From assembly GCF_964355755.1 (NCBI RefSeq), contig NC_092670.1, positions 23,670,795 through 23,734,794 of the forward strand: DNA of 64,000 nt, in the 5' to 3' direction. Below the pieces are notes generated by a model. It was not told the DNA's origin. It worked only from the letters and a program-made list of their open reading frames with translations, and made no database searches. The translations under genes were made by a program, and so were the position numbers. The DNA comes from Antedon mediterranea (Eukaryota > Animalia > Echinodermata). Positions 1 to 13,364 of this stretch are shown here, piece after piece; within the stretch, counting starts at the first letter, position 1; every line of letters begins with the position of its first letter.

Positions 1-1314
1 GATATATGGAAATATATTCAGGGGAAAAAAGAAAAATTGTAAGAATGAAATGCAGATCATCGATAGCCGAGAAGAGAACTTTAGATGATAATTTTTAAGA
101 TATTGCTCTCAGTCTTGACTGTTAAAAACACTTTACTTATACAATACTAATATAACTATGTCGGATGACGGTAACTTGTTTTTAATAGAGTAGCTATCCG
201 TGTGGTACCATGTTTTCCGTTTAGATTGACCAGACAACGGGTTGGTCCGATCAATGCATTCTAGAGCAGGTGTGTGAACAGATTGCTGAAACAAACAAGT
301 AATAACCTACAGCATGCATAACATTACAGGCGGTTGCATAGAAAGAGAAATAAAACGTTCGAATCATTTATGTGTCTGTTTATCCATGACTGGACGATTT
401 GTTGTCAATCTATGTCCCCATCTGCGTCCCTTCGTTACTTCAATGTACAAATCCAACCTGACGCATGATAAAATGAAATATTGAAGTTAAGACATTCACA
501 GAGAAGTTGTTTAAAATGTATTGACGTTATGCCAAATATACTTCGAAAACGTTAGGTTTGAATCTCAAGAGATTGTATTTTTCTGGAAATGAATATTAAA
601 TAATAGGTTGATATGACAAGATAAACAAGTACTGATTGAATTGCTTAGGAGGCCTATATTTTTGTTAGAAAGACTGTAGCCCAAGAAAAAAAAAAGAACA
701 ATCGTTGTTATCTAAAAAAACGCTTCATTGTGTTTGTCAATGTAGCCAACATTTTCATAAACTAAGGAAATCATACGTATTGGTTAGTATTTGCAATTAA
801 AATCTATTTTCATTGTTTTGTTTATACAAAAATCATAAATTTTACCGTACCTGGTCTGAAGAAGTCAAGATACAATAGGCTCGAAAAGAAAGAAAGTCCA
901 CACTAGAAGCACTTTACTACAGAAATAGACTATGGTTTGTTTTAATTTTGATCATGTTTTTACTTTAAAGAAAAATAAAGAAATATAGGCCTATAAGATA
1001 GAAGATTTTAGTAATTTTATAAATATTTTGTTGAAATGTACATTTTTAAGCGCTGTCCAAGTAAAAAGTTTTAAGTCGTAGCTTGTAATCATCATCATAA
1101 AGGACATTTTATTATCTAAAGGTTAAGGCGAATCCCGTATTCATTTTTAACTTGCGTAATAAGCTGTTGGGAGCTCATTGTAGGTATTTTGTGGTAGGCA
1201 GGCAAGTTCCTTTCCAAGCCGCCTTATCCGTTTTTATTTACTCGGCTACCTTAACTCCTCATGCAGAATTTGATATTAGAGATCTAATAATTAAAATGGA
1301 ATCAAGTTAACTAA

Positions 1315-1421
1315 AGCTTTGTCTACACTATCAACTAGTTTGGAAAAAATTGTGATGTGCCAAAATATGCTAGTGATATGGCCAAATATGTTACATAAAT
1401 ACATAAAGTGTGGACAGAGCT
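1315..1421. mobile_element. Short Harbinger-like MITE, copy 1 (internally deleted)
   Basis: TAA|AGCTTTGTCTACACT ... AGTGTGGACAGAGCT|TAA; homologous to 34345-34494. Confidence 0.7.
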
Positions 1422-4400
1422 TAACATTCATATTTTGTCCAATTACCCATTATCATCATCTATTTTCTCGATGATAACCAAGCATAATTTATCGTATTCT
1501 TAAGTCTTTATAATGCGTTTTATTAAAAATGGAAAGACCCAACATTTGCAATATATTAAACTATATTGAAAGTAGCAGCGATCACGTCTTATTGTACATC
1601 TTTAGCAGGGTATGTCCGGTTCTTTTTCCCAGGCTTCCCATAGCTGGAGCTGCTATTCATTTGCTAGTTGAAAACATGATTGAAAATGAATAACGTTAAA
1701 TGTGATATAGGCCAGCTGGTGTATAAAAAAACACGAACTGTTAAATCCACACATTTGTCGTGTAAACAATTAACCAATAGAAACGCATTGTTTAAATAAC
1801 CAATCACAGTGCTTGATGTATTGGCCAATAAGATTAAGGGATCTTCGCAACATAATAAAGACGGACCTGGATATTTTATGAAAAATGTACCTTTTTTACG
1901 TGGGTTATGTGTACAGCCATTGCACAACTTGTAAATAATAATATAATAATATAATTAATTACTATATATAATATAATTTTATGATTTACTGATCTACAAT
2001 TTAAATAACACCGTGAATTCAAGAACTATTTGCCTAACTAGTACTACTACTACTACTACTAATTTACTATTTGAAATTTGTTTGCAAAACAGTTGGAAAT
2101 ACACGCTTATTAGGTCCGCTTCCGGTAATTTCACAAAATGTTATCATACGTTAGACATATGAAACGCCAAAGGTGCAATTTAATATATCTTTACTTTTGT
2201 AATACCCAGCATCTACGTGCTCATGCGTGTGTTCAATCGTGGAAGTAGACATTTATAAAAATATATTTCTACCTCCATGGTTCAATATATTCCAGCATCG
2301 TGTGTGAGCGTATATCGATTCTCTTGAGAGTACAGTATTAATAAACCGGAATTTCAATCACCATGAATGTAGCGATTTACACTCTCGGTTACCTTTACAG
2401 CAAGCCAACGACCCTCTAGTTAAATTGGTTGGAAACAATTTATATTTGGTTGGTTTCACGCACTCACGTGATCATTTTGTGCAACACGTTTTGGAATCTA
2501 TTTGCAGGAAATATCTTAATTTCACGGTGAGAGCACACAGCGATTTTACTAAATGAGAATTTCACCGAGTGAAGCCGATTTAATTTCTCTGTCTTCCCCA
2601 GCGATTCTTCAGAGTTGAGTACACCATTTTGTTTGCCTGGCTAACAGTTCATTAAAAGTCAGCACGCAATCTAGGTCGTTCGCCCGCACTCGTGGGAAAC
2701 CGAACTTCGTTCGTACATGTAATCATGCAATCGCACTTTTCGCACTTGGGGACGCCGAGTTGCAATTTGATTATACACATTTTATATATTAATCAAACCC
2801 CACAACATGATTTTGATATAAACAAAGATAGTTTAGATAATAAACACAAAAGCAAGCTTTTATTTTAATACATTATTATCTTATCATTATTATCTTGCCA
2901 TGATGAATCAATAATAGATATTTTAAATAAATTGATGTACAAAAATTAAAATTATATTTAAAAATTGAAGATCAGACCTGGACAACTTCCAAGTGGCACG
3001 ACAGACAACTCGGAAGGTAATAATACGGGTAGCAAATAATTTGATTATTGCGAAACATTAATAATCAGACATACGAATGGCCTAAAACATTCAATTTCAA
3101 CCCGTGCCTCTCTCTCAACCTGGATTAGGCCCAATGGATTCTAATGAAGTTTAAGCAATAAATCTGATGATAGATATATTTGTTGAAATAAAACTCTGTC
3201 ATCTGTGGTTCACGTCAAGATCCAATGAAATTATAGCGTCTGAATTGTTTATCTAATTAGGCCCATAATAGAAATTCTTTAAACTTTATGACTACGTCAC
3301 GCGATGAATAAAAATAAAAAGTAGTTCAACTTTAACCTGAGCTAAATTTTAAGATAGGCCTACATTATAATAATGTGTATAGGCCTAGTGCAAACTTGAA
3401 AAGCGGCGGGAGAACTTATTTTATGTCCAAAATCAGTCATTTGCGTGTTGGAAGTTCAAGGCAGCTTAGGACATATACAGGAAGCCGGGCCCGGGGTGTC
3501 AAAATATTATCATCTATTAATTTTATCATTATCTTCTTTTAAACCGAGCAGTTAATAAATCGTTAATGAAATCCAATAATTAATCATCGAGACAGAATCG
3601 ACTGCGTTCAGGATTTGAACTTGAATAGATCGTTGTAGGGCCATTGGAGGAATTCAGGATTAGGTGGCCTAGGCTTGACCGCGGACGTATCTATGGCGCC
3701 TAGCGCTTTATAGCCTTGTGTATAAATTAGCATTTATTGCTGTTTCGTGCGGTGAGATTACCTCTGCGTCAACCGTGATTACAACTTCAACTTCCTTTTT
3801 CTGACGCTGGTTAATCAGAATACTGGGTGGTGTTTAGCTGTCTAAAATGTTCGCTAATTAAGTGACAAATTCCGTATCATCATCGTTCAATTATCATATA
3901 ACTGACATGTTTATAATCATTTAATCAGTGTCGGAGGGAAATCTCGTGCAAAACAAAAAATATGATTTCATTGAGGGATTAGGATGATTATAGATGATGT
4001 ATCAGCAATAATAGGCCTACTCAGATATATATATATAGATTTAATATGTATATTTAGATAATATACGTTATTTATTATTTATTAAATTGTTATAGTTCAA
4101 TATCATATTATTACTCACGAATCGTGTAATACAAACTGTTTATTATTCAAAACACTAATATATCTAGTATTTTTATATTAAATCAAACAAGTGTACTAAT
4201 GTTTTTCTTATGAACAGGATTGCCACTTTTAAGAAGTATTATTGTGAACGAAGTCGATTATGGTTATCCTTATAACCTTGCCTAAATAGGCCTATATAAA
4301 ATTCCAAATAAGAATATTAAATATTTTTTGATACTGTATATCATTTTCTACTCGCAGTTTTTAAAAATTATTAAGGAAAAAAAAAATCTCGTGCCAGATA

Positions 4401-6478
4401 CAAAAACGATGTTTTTATTTTTTTTTAAAGTCTAGCCTACAAAATAACTTCTTTCATTATTCGTACAGAGTCGGCCTAGGCTTGCAGATTGTAATTTACT
4501 AAACACACGATGTAATAGGCCTAATAAAGCATGGTAAATAACCAAGACATTTTTTTTTTCCATTAGATTTATTTACTTATAAAGATAGATTAGGCCCAAG
4601 ATTTATGTTATGATTTGTGTTATTTTTTCAATTTTTTTTCGTATAATAAAAAATGTCGGTCGTTGAGGTAAAATTCATAGTGTGGCCACACTTGTGTTAT
4701 CTGTACTAACATTTGATGATAATTCGTCTGAAAATGAACATCATGTCAAAACTATTAGGCAAATGACTCATCAATTTCCAGTACAAAGACCCCTTTCACC
4801 TTGACCAGCGAGCTTCACTTGTCGGTATATGTACGTGAAGGTAATTTCCCCCTCCTGTAATATAGGCCTAATGTGGGTAAGCTAAACCACTTGAAAAGCC
4901 CGGTGATGTTTGTCGGTATGTAAACGTCAACTTCCCCTGTAATGGTCTTATGCAGTGTACATGACCTCGACCTATTGCGTATGTCAAGATTTTGGTAAAT
5001 GTTCAAGACTTAAAAAACAATAGGCCTAAGCTGTTGATAAGCGTTGTTTATAAAGTATTTGAGTTAAAATAAAGAAACGTGCACGTAGGCCTTCCGATTC
5101 TCATGCTTGTTTCGTTTAATAAGGTGAAAAATGAATAGTGGGGTGGGATGATGTAAGAGATAGGACATATCAGCAAAATTGTTAGGTCCTTGGCCTCCCT
5201 ATTTCAAAATACATTTCCGCAGACAATAATCTGTGAACAGCCAGCATGACAGTGACCATAGGGATCTCAATAATATATCTGTATACTCCCATTCTAATAT
5301 TATATACACACACGATGTTCTAATTATTGAGGGATAAACTATAGATTTTGTAATATGGCCCCAAGTTTCGTACCACTTGTGTCCATCCTAACCCGATTGA
5401 GTATAATAATAATACACCAACAAGGCCACTCTTTTCCCTATGAGTGTTCGTGCATATATAGCATGAGACATGTTTTACTAAACATGACATGTCAAACATT
5501 GTTAGTCTTAACAATCAATACAAAAACAGTTTACAAGTTAGTAAGGCTTAATCTAATTGAGATGTCTATTTTTAACCATGTATTTACAGTTGAACACGTT
5601 TAAGCCTTATTATCGTATTATTACGCACGATGGGGTGGATTTATTCTACAAAATGAACATGGCAATGAACTCGATGATGCCAAATTTATAGTATTTGAAA
5701 TTACTTAAGTCAATTGGAGAGAAACGGGCTTTCCTAATATAGTTATTAATTTTTTTATTTTTATTTACTACAAACAAAGTACCGTACAACACGGCAATAA
5801 AACTACACATTTCCCAGGTTCAGTTGATACTTTTTAATATAGTTGCTTTATACATTTCATAATTATACAATATTGTATAAGAACAGCAGAACTAAAAACG
5901 GGAGACATGACATCTACTGTTATTATAGTAGTACGGTACAGTATAAGGTGACAACAACGTGTCTTATATATATTCTCTAGCGTTAAAACATATTTTGCCT
6001 CTTCATCGAAAAATTCCCTGTGCCATATAAAATGTCCCCTAAGTTGGTTTTACTAGGCCTATTTAGTAGGACGGACATTTAGTTACAGAAAAATTTAAAA
6101 AACGACGTTCTATCTTGTTGAAAATTCTTTTATTCCAGATATAGATTAATTCTATTTTTAGCCCTCATTGGGGTTCTTTCAATATGATATCACAAAAGAG
6201 TGTACAAACGTTGTTGCGTGCAAGGTGCAATGCTTGTATTGTATTCTACTATCTTTCAAACAGCTTATCACCTATCGTTAAATTGCTCGTCGAGTTCCAT
6301 TATTGTTCAACTCACACAAACTAAAATCGCCCAAAAATTGAAATTAATAAGGCTGGGATAAATAAATCAGTTATTGAAGATCAGTAACTTAATTACTCAT
6401 TCGTTAATTCGAAAGCAATAATAGACAATTTGACACAACCAAAATGGCATATGACTTTAGAGAGTTGACCCCTTTATT

Positions 6479-6741
6479 CACCCCCGTGACAATAAGTGTT
6501 CATGGCTGACCCCCTCGTGACGATAGATGTTCATGCATGACCCTCCTCGTTTTGATAGCTGTTCATGGTTGACCTCTCGTGTCAATATGTGTTCATGGTT
6601 GACCTCTCGTGTTGATAGGTATTCATGGTTGACCTCTCGTGTCGATATGTGTTAATGCCTGACCCCTCGTGTCGACCGGGTGTTTATGCCTTACCCCTTC
6701 GTGTCGAATGTTTGCCTGAACCCCTCGTGTAGATAGGTGTT
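6479..6741. repeat. Minisatellite, about 30-bp unit, about 8-9 copies
   Basis: Consensus TGACC(T/C)CTCGTGTCGATA(T/G)GTGTTCATGG(T/C). Confidence 0.9.
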
Positions 6742-8259
6742 GCACGCTATCCCGGGATCGCGTGATAGCAATGCAGATTATATTTCAAGTGATCGATAAA
6801 AGTAAATAAAAGCTTAGGATAAGAAGCTAATGTCATCTATAGAGATAATCCTGGTAGAACTTTTGAACTTGGCGAAACTTTAAACATTTGAGACTTTTAG
6901 AGCGTGCATGATTACCGACCGAAGGTTGTATCGTCGTGGGAAATACGACGTTAGAAGATCGCGTGCGAGTGGCTTATAAGTCTAAGTTATGACTGAACAA
7001 GTACTCTGAACGAAAAGGTAGACAATTTTTCGATTCAATGCAAACGCTATTGTTATTAAGTCCCCAACGTAACTTTACTGTCGCATAGGCTTTGGAAAAA
7101 GCAACAAAGTGCTGTTTTAAGTACAATGATATAACTACACAGACGAGTGAGTTCTTTCTGTGTGATGTCATTGGAGCGAGAACGAACGGGTCCGTGTGAC
7201 GACTATCTCAAATCCTGCTTCTCTCTACTTAAGGTCACGTACTGTTTTATTGTACACATTGCGTGATTCTTTCAAATTATTTACACTGTTGTACTGTATG
7301 TAGTTTTACTATATGAAACAATAAATCTGTAATGTTATTATTTAAAAGCCTACACTAACCCTGTTTAAACGATTTCACTATGTGATGTTCACAAGTCTCT
7401 CTCGAGTTAAATACCATACACGTCATGGTGACGGTTGCACGTACAATTGAACGCCTAATCTTTTCCCCCAACAGAATTAATAGGTATAGTCTTACGAGAC
7501 AACTATAGCATCTTGACATAAACTAAGCCATTCTCCTTCAAAAATGATCACCTATTTACATTACACTATTATGTCTACACTAATCTACTACAATTGCAAT
7601 AAGACAACACGTGTTTGAACCGTACTAAGGTACTTTCCCTTCCACCCCCGCAAATTATGACATAACCTATTTTGTCGAAAGTTATTCCAGACTACATATA
7701 GGTCATGCAGCCATGGAATTTGGAAGAGTATCTGCTGCCCTTCACGGCCGCTCAAATGGCTTTACAATGTATTAAATAATATTGTACTAGACCTTTTCTT
7801 TTTCAAAAATATTCTCAGGTATATTTATTAATATAAAACCATAGGCCTACAATCAGAAGGCAGCCAAAGACTGAACAATCTACACACAATGTACAATAAC
7901 AAGCAATACAAGGGAATAGCACACAGCAAGACAAGTTATGAAGATGTTTTGTAGGCCTAAACATTTTTAAAAGTTTAAAATGTGTACTACTGAACCACTA
8001 CAGAATTTTAGATTGTTAGAAGATACATTAATTATGTTAATAATAGTAGTATAGGGATTGTGATAAGTGATACCGTAATTCTCATATATAGGCCTATATT
8101 TATATATATATATATATAAACACAGTAGGCAAAGAACATTAATTCTAAACCGCCCGGTGATATACTGAAATTTAATTAATTAATTTGAAACGATAAAGAT
8201 GAGGAAATCTGTGAGAATGAGAAAAAGTCGCCCCAACCGAGACTCGAACTCGGACCGTC

Positions 8260-8898
8260 TGAATTCTGATAGTTAAAATGGGCTGGGACCTGCGGGAAAA
8301 CATTTCATCGTGACACGTTTTGTTTTGCTTCTTCTCTAACCGCTGATCGGGCCGCATTTATATAAATAAATAAATTAACAGCAGAAAACTTGGTTACTTC
8401 ATTGTTTTAATCACTACAAATTTGTTTCGTAAGACCAGCATGTAGCTAGTATTATATGAATATTATCTTTCCTTTAGTATTTCTTTCAATTAAAACGTGT
8501 TACAAGGCCTAATTAACATTTTCAAAATTCTAATATAATGCTAGTTGGTAGTTCATTCACCATGGTACTAAGTGAAACAATCGCGTGCATTGAATTAATT
8601 ATTGATTAAAATTGACCACCAGTCAATCTGTAACATAAGCGGCACTGTGTTCACTGTGTTTTTGCTATGCTCAATATCGTTTTCGACAACTTCCGAAAGC
8701 GTGTGAACTTGACGACCTATTAGCTCACGTATTAATGTGTAATTGTAAAAGTTCGTATAACCTCTAAGAAAAAATACGTTCGTGGACACGCACATTGTGC
8801 TTGCGGCCCGATCAGCGGTTAGAGAAGAAGCAAAACAAAACGTGTCACGATGAAATGTTTTCCCGCAGGTCCCAGCCCATTTTAACTATCAGAATTCA
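8260..8898. repeat. 97-bp perfect inverted repeat (8260-8356 / 8802-8898) with a 445-bp spacer
   Basis: TGAATTCTGATAGTTAAAATGGGCTGGG...CGGGCCGCA reappears as an exact reverse complement. Confidence 0.95.
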
Positions 8899-11375
8899 AG
8901 GTAAAAATGTAGGACTACTTTACAAACTGTAAAATAGAATGTAGAGTGCATGAGCTATATACTGCAGGACAAGTGTGAGGCGATTCAAAGGCCGGAAGTG
9001 TTGAAATATATTTGTCAGCGAAAAATCATGCACTATGTATTTAACCAAATACATGTCAAATATAGTTCGTGCGGCGCCTTTACTCGCGGCATTATTATAA
9101 CTCTAGACCTATAGATTGCACTTTCATAATAAGTGGTCGTAACGAACTAGTTGTTTTCTTTTTATATAACTTTCTGTTATTATTAATAGATAGTAAATAA
9201 GTGTAAAGTTCTTTATTCGAATCACGTAGAGCAAAATGCATAACATTAGAACACATATACTTTTGGGAACACAGACAAAATTATTACTGTATAGACGTAC
9301 TGTAATAGTAAGTTTAATACCCGTAGTAATGATAGGTTTTCTTGGTAAAAGAAAGGAAAACAAGCAAATAAAGTATGTTTTACACGCGCTAAACTTAAAG
9401 GGGATACATTACATCTGGAGAAACTGGAAGCGCTGAGGCATGGTCTAATATGTATCCGAAATTCCATATTTTAGACGAACAATAATACTTTATTGACCAC
9501 TTTTAGTATATATGTAGAGCTGGACATTCTCAGCATCGGCGAAATACATTTTTCCACATTTGGTCCTGTAATGTTACGATTGGACTCGTCAGAACACGTG
9601 TTTCTTTAAACCCGTTTAAATCCCAAAACAGATTTTCTTGCCAGTAGAAACAGGTCCACACAATCACCAAAAAGTATCGATTAAAAACGCTTTCATTGAT
9701 TAAACCCCGATTGTATTCAATACCAAAATGTTAATAATTTGAATGTTCTTGATTCATCATATTCTTCACAATGACGTATCAATCATAATTTCTGCGTAAT
9801 CAGCTGCTTTTTAGTATGGGGTTCTCCGTAATACTTTTCGACAGGTGAATGTCCTTGTCGATAGCGTGCGAAGCAGCAGTGACGTTTCATACGCTCGACC
9901 TATTTACGGCAATAGATTGCTGAATTGGCCTAAAATTAACGTGTTATGTATCAACATAGCCAATTAATTTTCGCCTTTTGATAACACAAGCCTTGTGGTT
10001 GGAGAGGTCAGTGCGTTCAATAGTATTTTATCCCGACGGCTAGGCCTAAATAAAAACTAAACTAGGCTCGAGTTTCCACACCATATGCACGCAACTATAA
10101 ACGTGCACGCGATAGAGTCCTCATGATTATGAAATTTAACATGTTATAATGATGCACAACATTAAGTTTTACGGTCACATGTATTTGTAATAATCACTTA
10201 ATTAAAACATTATTACGGTACGAAGGTGTGGAAGTATGCCTCCCCTCTGAATAATGTACGGTACGCCCCAATCCCCAATTGTAGGCCTACGTTATAATGT
10301 TATCCTTTCCGCATGTTATAAGACGATTGTTCATTTGATTTTTATTGATTGTTCAACGAGAGGCCAATTTATGATTGGCAGGTGGTGTGGGCATCCGTAG
10401 CCTACTTTTGATGACCCCCTTCACTAGAAATATGAATCGTCTGCTCTCGTGCCTTTGACATGGTACGGTTCACGTTCAAGTTGAGTCCAGCTTTGCAAAA
10501 CCATACATAATGGCTATTTAACAATTAGTTAAAATTCACGCAGCCATCTATTTTTCCATAATTAAAATATGAATTTTATGTTACAGCTTGGCAGCATAAT
10601 GGTGATCAGGATACGATAATACTTTATTTAGAACCTTCTCCGTTGGTGACACACTTATATCACATAATCTATTTTGCCATATACAAAACGAACATACAGA
10701 CAGAACAATGTAGGCCTAAATATGCAATGAGGGCATGGATGTGAAAAATTTAGTATTTTTTATTTTCATTTTTGACAAAAATCATTGCAGAAATTAAACG
10801 GAAAAAAATAAACAGAATAATATAATATATAATATAGCTCAATTTTATAATAATAAATCTAAAAAAAAATGTTGTGGATAATTATAATTATTTGCACTCT
10901 TTATCTTAACATATTGTAACTTAATCAGATGAAGCTTTAAAAAAGAAAACTTATATATTCCCAGAAGCTATATAGGCCTGCATGTCAAATGGAGCCGGGA
11001 GCCATGGTTTTTATTGAATAAAAGAAAGATATTGCATTTAAAAAGAAAGTCGACCTAACATTTTATGATAGTAGGCTAATACGAATTATTATAAAGACTT
11101 AAATTTCGCAAGTGCTATATATTATATATAAATAGACTATGATTAATAATAAAAAAATTAGTCACAATAGGTAGCAGATCCATTGAGCGGATGCATAATG
11201 TTCAGCTTTTGAATCAACATAAAAACCACCTATAGGTGGGCCTACAGAATATTTTTTTCTCACTATATTATGGCCTTGTCAGCATACTATAGATAGATAT
11301 TTCCGCAAAGTAAAAAGAAGGAGATAGCATAATAAACATTTCGGTGTTTATTCGTGTGAGAAATTCGTTTCTTAA

Positions 11376-11691
11376 AGATGTATTCTCCTCCTAAAAACAT
11401 TATTTTTAAACATTTTTTTGGTCAAATATGCAATTTTAATGTTACATAATAGTTATTCACTTTTACCAAAAATTGGATTGAAAAAAAAAATTTACATTAA
11501 AACACTAAATTTAAAGCAAAACATATTCAAATTGGCTGCCAGCAAATTGGTTTTTGGTTAAATTTAACCATTTATTTTGTCTTATTAGTGAAAACATGAT
11601 TTTGTGCATTTTTTTCTACGAAAGTGCCTAACTTTATCAAAGTCTGATGTTATTAATCTTCATTTTCATGTTTTTAGGGGACAATACATCT
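11376..11691. mobile_element. TTAA-flanked MITE (Kolobok-like), copy 1
   Basis: TTAA|AGATGTATTCTCC ... GGACAATACATCT|TTAA; the interior is homologous to 36407-36704 in reverse orientation. Confidence 0.8.
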
Positions 11692-13072
11692 TTAATATTT
11701 GAATAACAAAAAGTAAAAGTGTGTTATAAAAAGTTAAAAATATAAAACCAAACATTCTTATACTTGGCTAACAACAACATTATTGATAAAACATTTCTAC
11801 AAACGAATTAAAAAACTACGAGTTACCAATTCATAATTCAGATATAGGCCTACTGTTTCCACCTTTTAAAAGTGGGATCCGGATTTACCCGTTGTTGGTA
11901 TTACAGCAAATGTTATAAACAACTTTGAAATCCCTTGATGAATTAAACTGTCTAAATCCGAAATTACATTTTTTTTCTTTGATCGTAGTAGGCAAATATA
12001 TTTTATTCAGTTACGATACCCTGGAAATTGTTGCCACAATAACTTGCATAAATCAAATTAGCCTAGACGTGGCCTACGCTGCGATTCGGGGTTCATGGTA
12101 CTACGGCACAAAAGCCTCGATAATCACCCCCCAGCCTGAATTCACAGATGCGATCTCGATGTATCTATTGCATGCAATACGACGCAGTGAACGCACAAGA
12201 TATCCAAACGGGCAATGCTCCGGTGTTTCTCTTCTCCCCCTTTAATGATTATTTAATGAAAGCGGACTTTACAAAGGCTTCTATCATTAATCGATTAGTA
12301 CTATACTATTGTAAAAAACGTGTTAAATAGTAACCTTCATTAAGGTGTACGATATGAGATGCGAAGGATATGCATACACGAAAAATATGCATAGTCAGAT
12401 AAATAGGCCTACAGATTCTGATGATTCTTGCATCGATACAATTTTATGTTTGTTTATAGGCCTTTGGTTTCTAATTAATATTTAATAATGTATTGAAAAT
12501 CTATTATTTTATAGGAATACTAACTATTTGTATCAACTTAAAAACACTATTGTATTATTGTGTATTATATTGTAGTAGACAGATGAAACCTGCGAAAGAG
12601 TGTTTTCTGACAGGAGTTTGCTGTAAACATATTACCCCTCGTTCGTTTGTTTCAAAGTGTGTTCCCCTGAAGAGTGGTACCCCTAACAATGAGTTATAAT
12701 GTATCAACGTCTCGTATAAGCGCACACGACACGACGTGTTTCGTTTGATCATCACGGTTTTCAATTACGTACATTGTGTAATAATATAAGGTTTAGAGTT
12801 TTCAGAGTAAAAGTGCGATGTATTGATATTCATTGTAATTATTTTGGACTTAGCTAGGGCCTACCAGCCGACTCTCGTATTTGAATTAGGCAATGTTAAG
12901 TGTCAGGAGGAATATACAGTAAGTTATAGTCAGGAGGAGGAGGAGTCAGTCTTTTTTCCGTGTTGTGTTCCAAGTATAATCTCATCGTGAATGAACACTT
13001 CGGTGATAAATCCGAACCCTTAGTGCTTTAATACAAAGTAATTAAATTACTACACTCAATGTCGGCATTTTA

Positions 13073-13285
13073 TTGGTTAAAATCAACAACCAATCAAAAC
13101 GCTGGGTACACAATCTGCCTTAACGAGCAGTTACAAATAAGTATTTTCATTTTATATATCTATATGACATGCGATTGATAGGTTAGAATGTGTAATTCTG
13201 GATTTATAATTAAAAACCATATTATCTTCATCACGTGATGTGAAAGATGTATAAATTGTCTGCAGTTTCTCGGACGGTCATTACT
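13073..13285 (+). promoter_or_regulatory. Core promoter of CYP1: CCAAT boxes, E-box, TATA, Inr
   Basis: ATTGG at about 13072 and CCAAT at about 13090; palindrome CATCACGTGATG at 13229-13240; TATAAA at 13250-13255; Inr-like TCATT at 13278-13282, about 30 bp after TATA and about 85 bp before the ATG. Confidence 0.6.
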
Positions 13286-13364
13286 TTACGTTTATTCTCC
13301 TCGAGGAAGTGGTTTCCAAAATCATCATCTTAAGTTGAAGTTTGCAAACTTTTTCTCTGAAATT

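Larger units (their letters stand above)
2663..10112. promoter_or_regulatory. Cluster of xenobiotic response elements (TNGCGTG / CACGCNA) upstream of CYP1
   Basis: Cores read at 2663, 3298, 3441, 6214, 6743, 6758, 6959, 7259, 8581, 9862, 10088 and 10106. Confidence 0.5.

Noticed and set aside
3600-3720. Reverse-strand B-box (GTTCAAATCC) suggesting a tRNA-derived SINE
   Set aside because: I could not find a convincing A-box spacing, tail or TSD.
8222-8270. Functional tRNA gene
   Set aside because: Only a T-arm and 3' acceptor-like half is present. No D-arm or A-box could be found.
1664-12764. Short ORFs upstream of CYP1 (and similar ones at 16.6-24.2 kb)
   Set aside because: They have no recognisable domains, show AT-rich random-like composition, and form no consistent splice chain.
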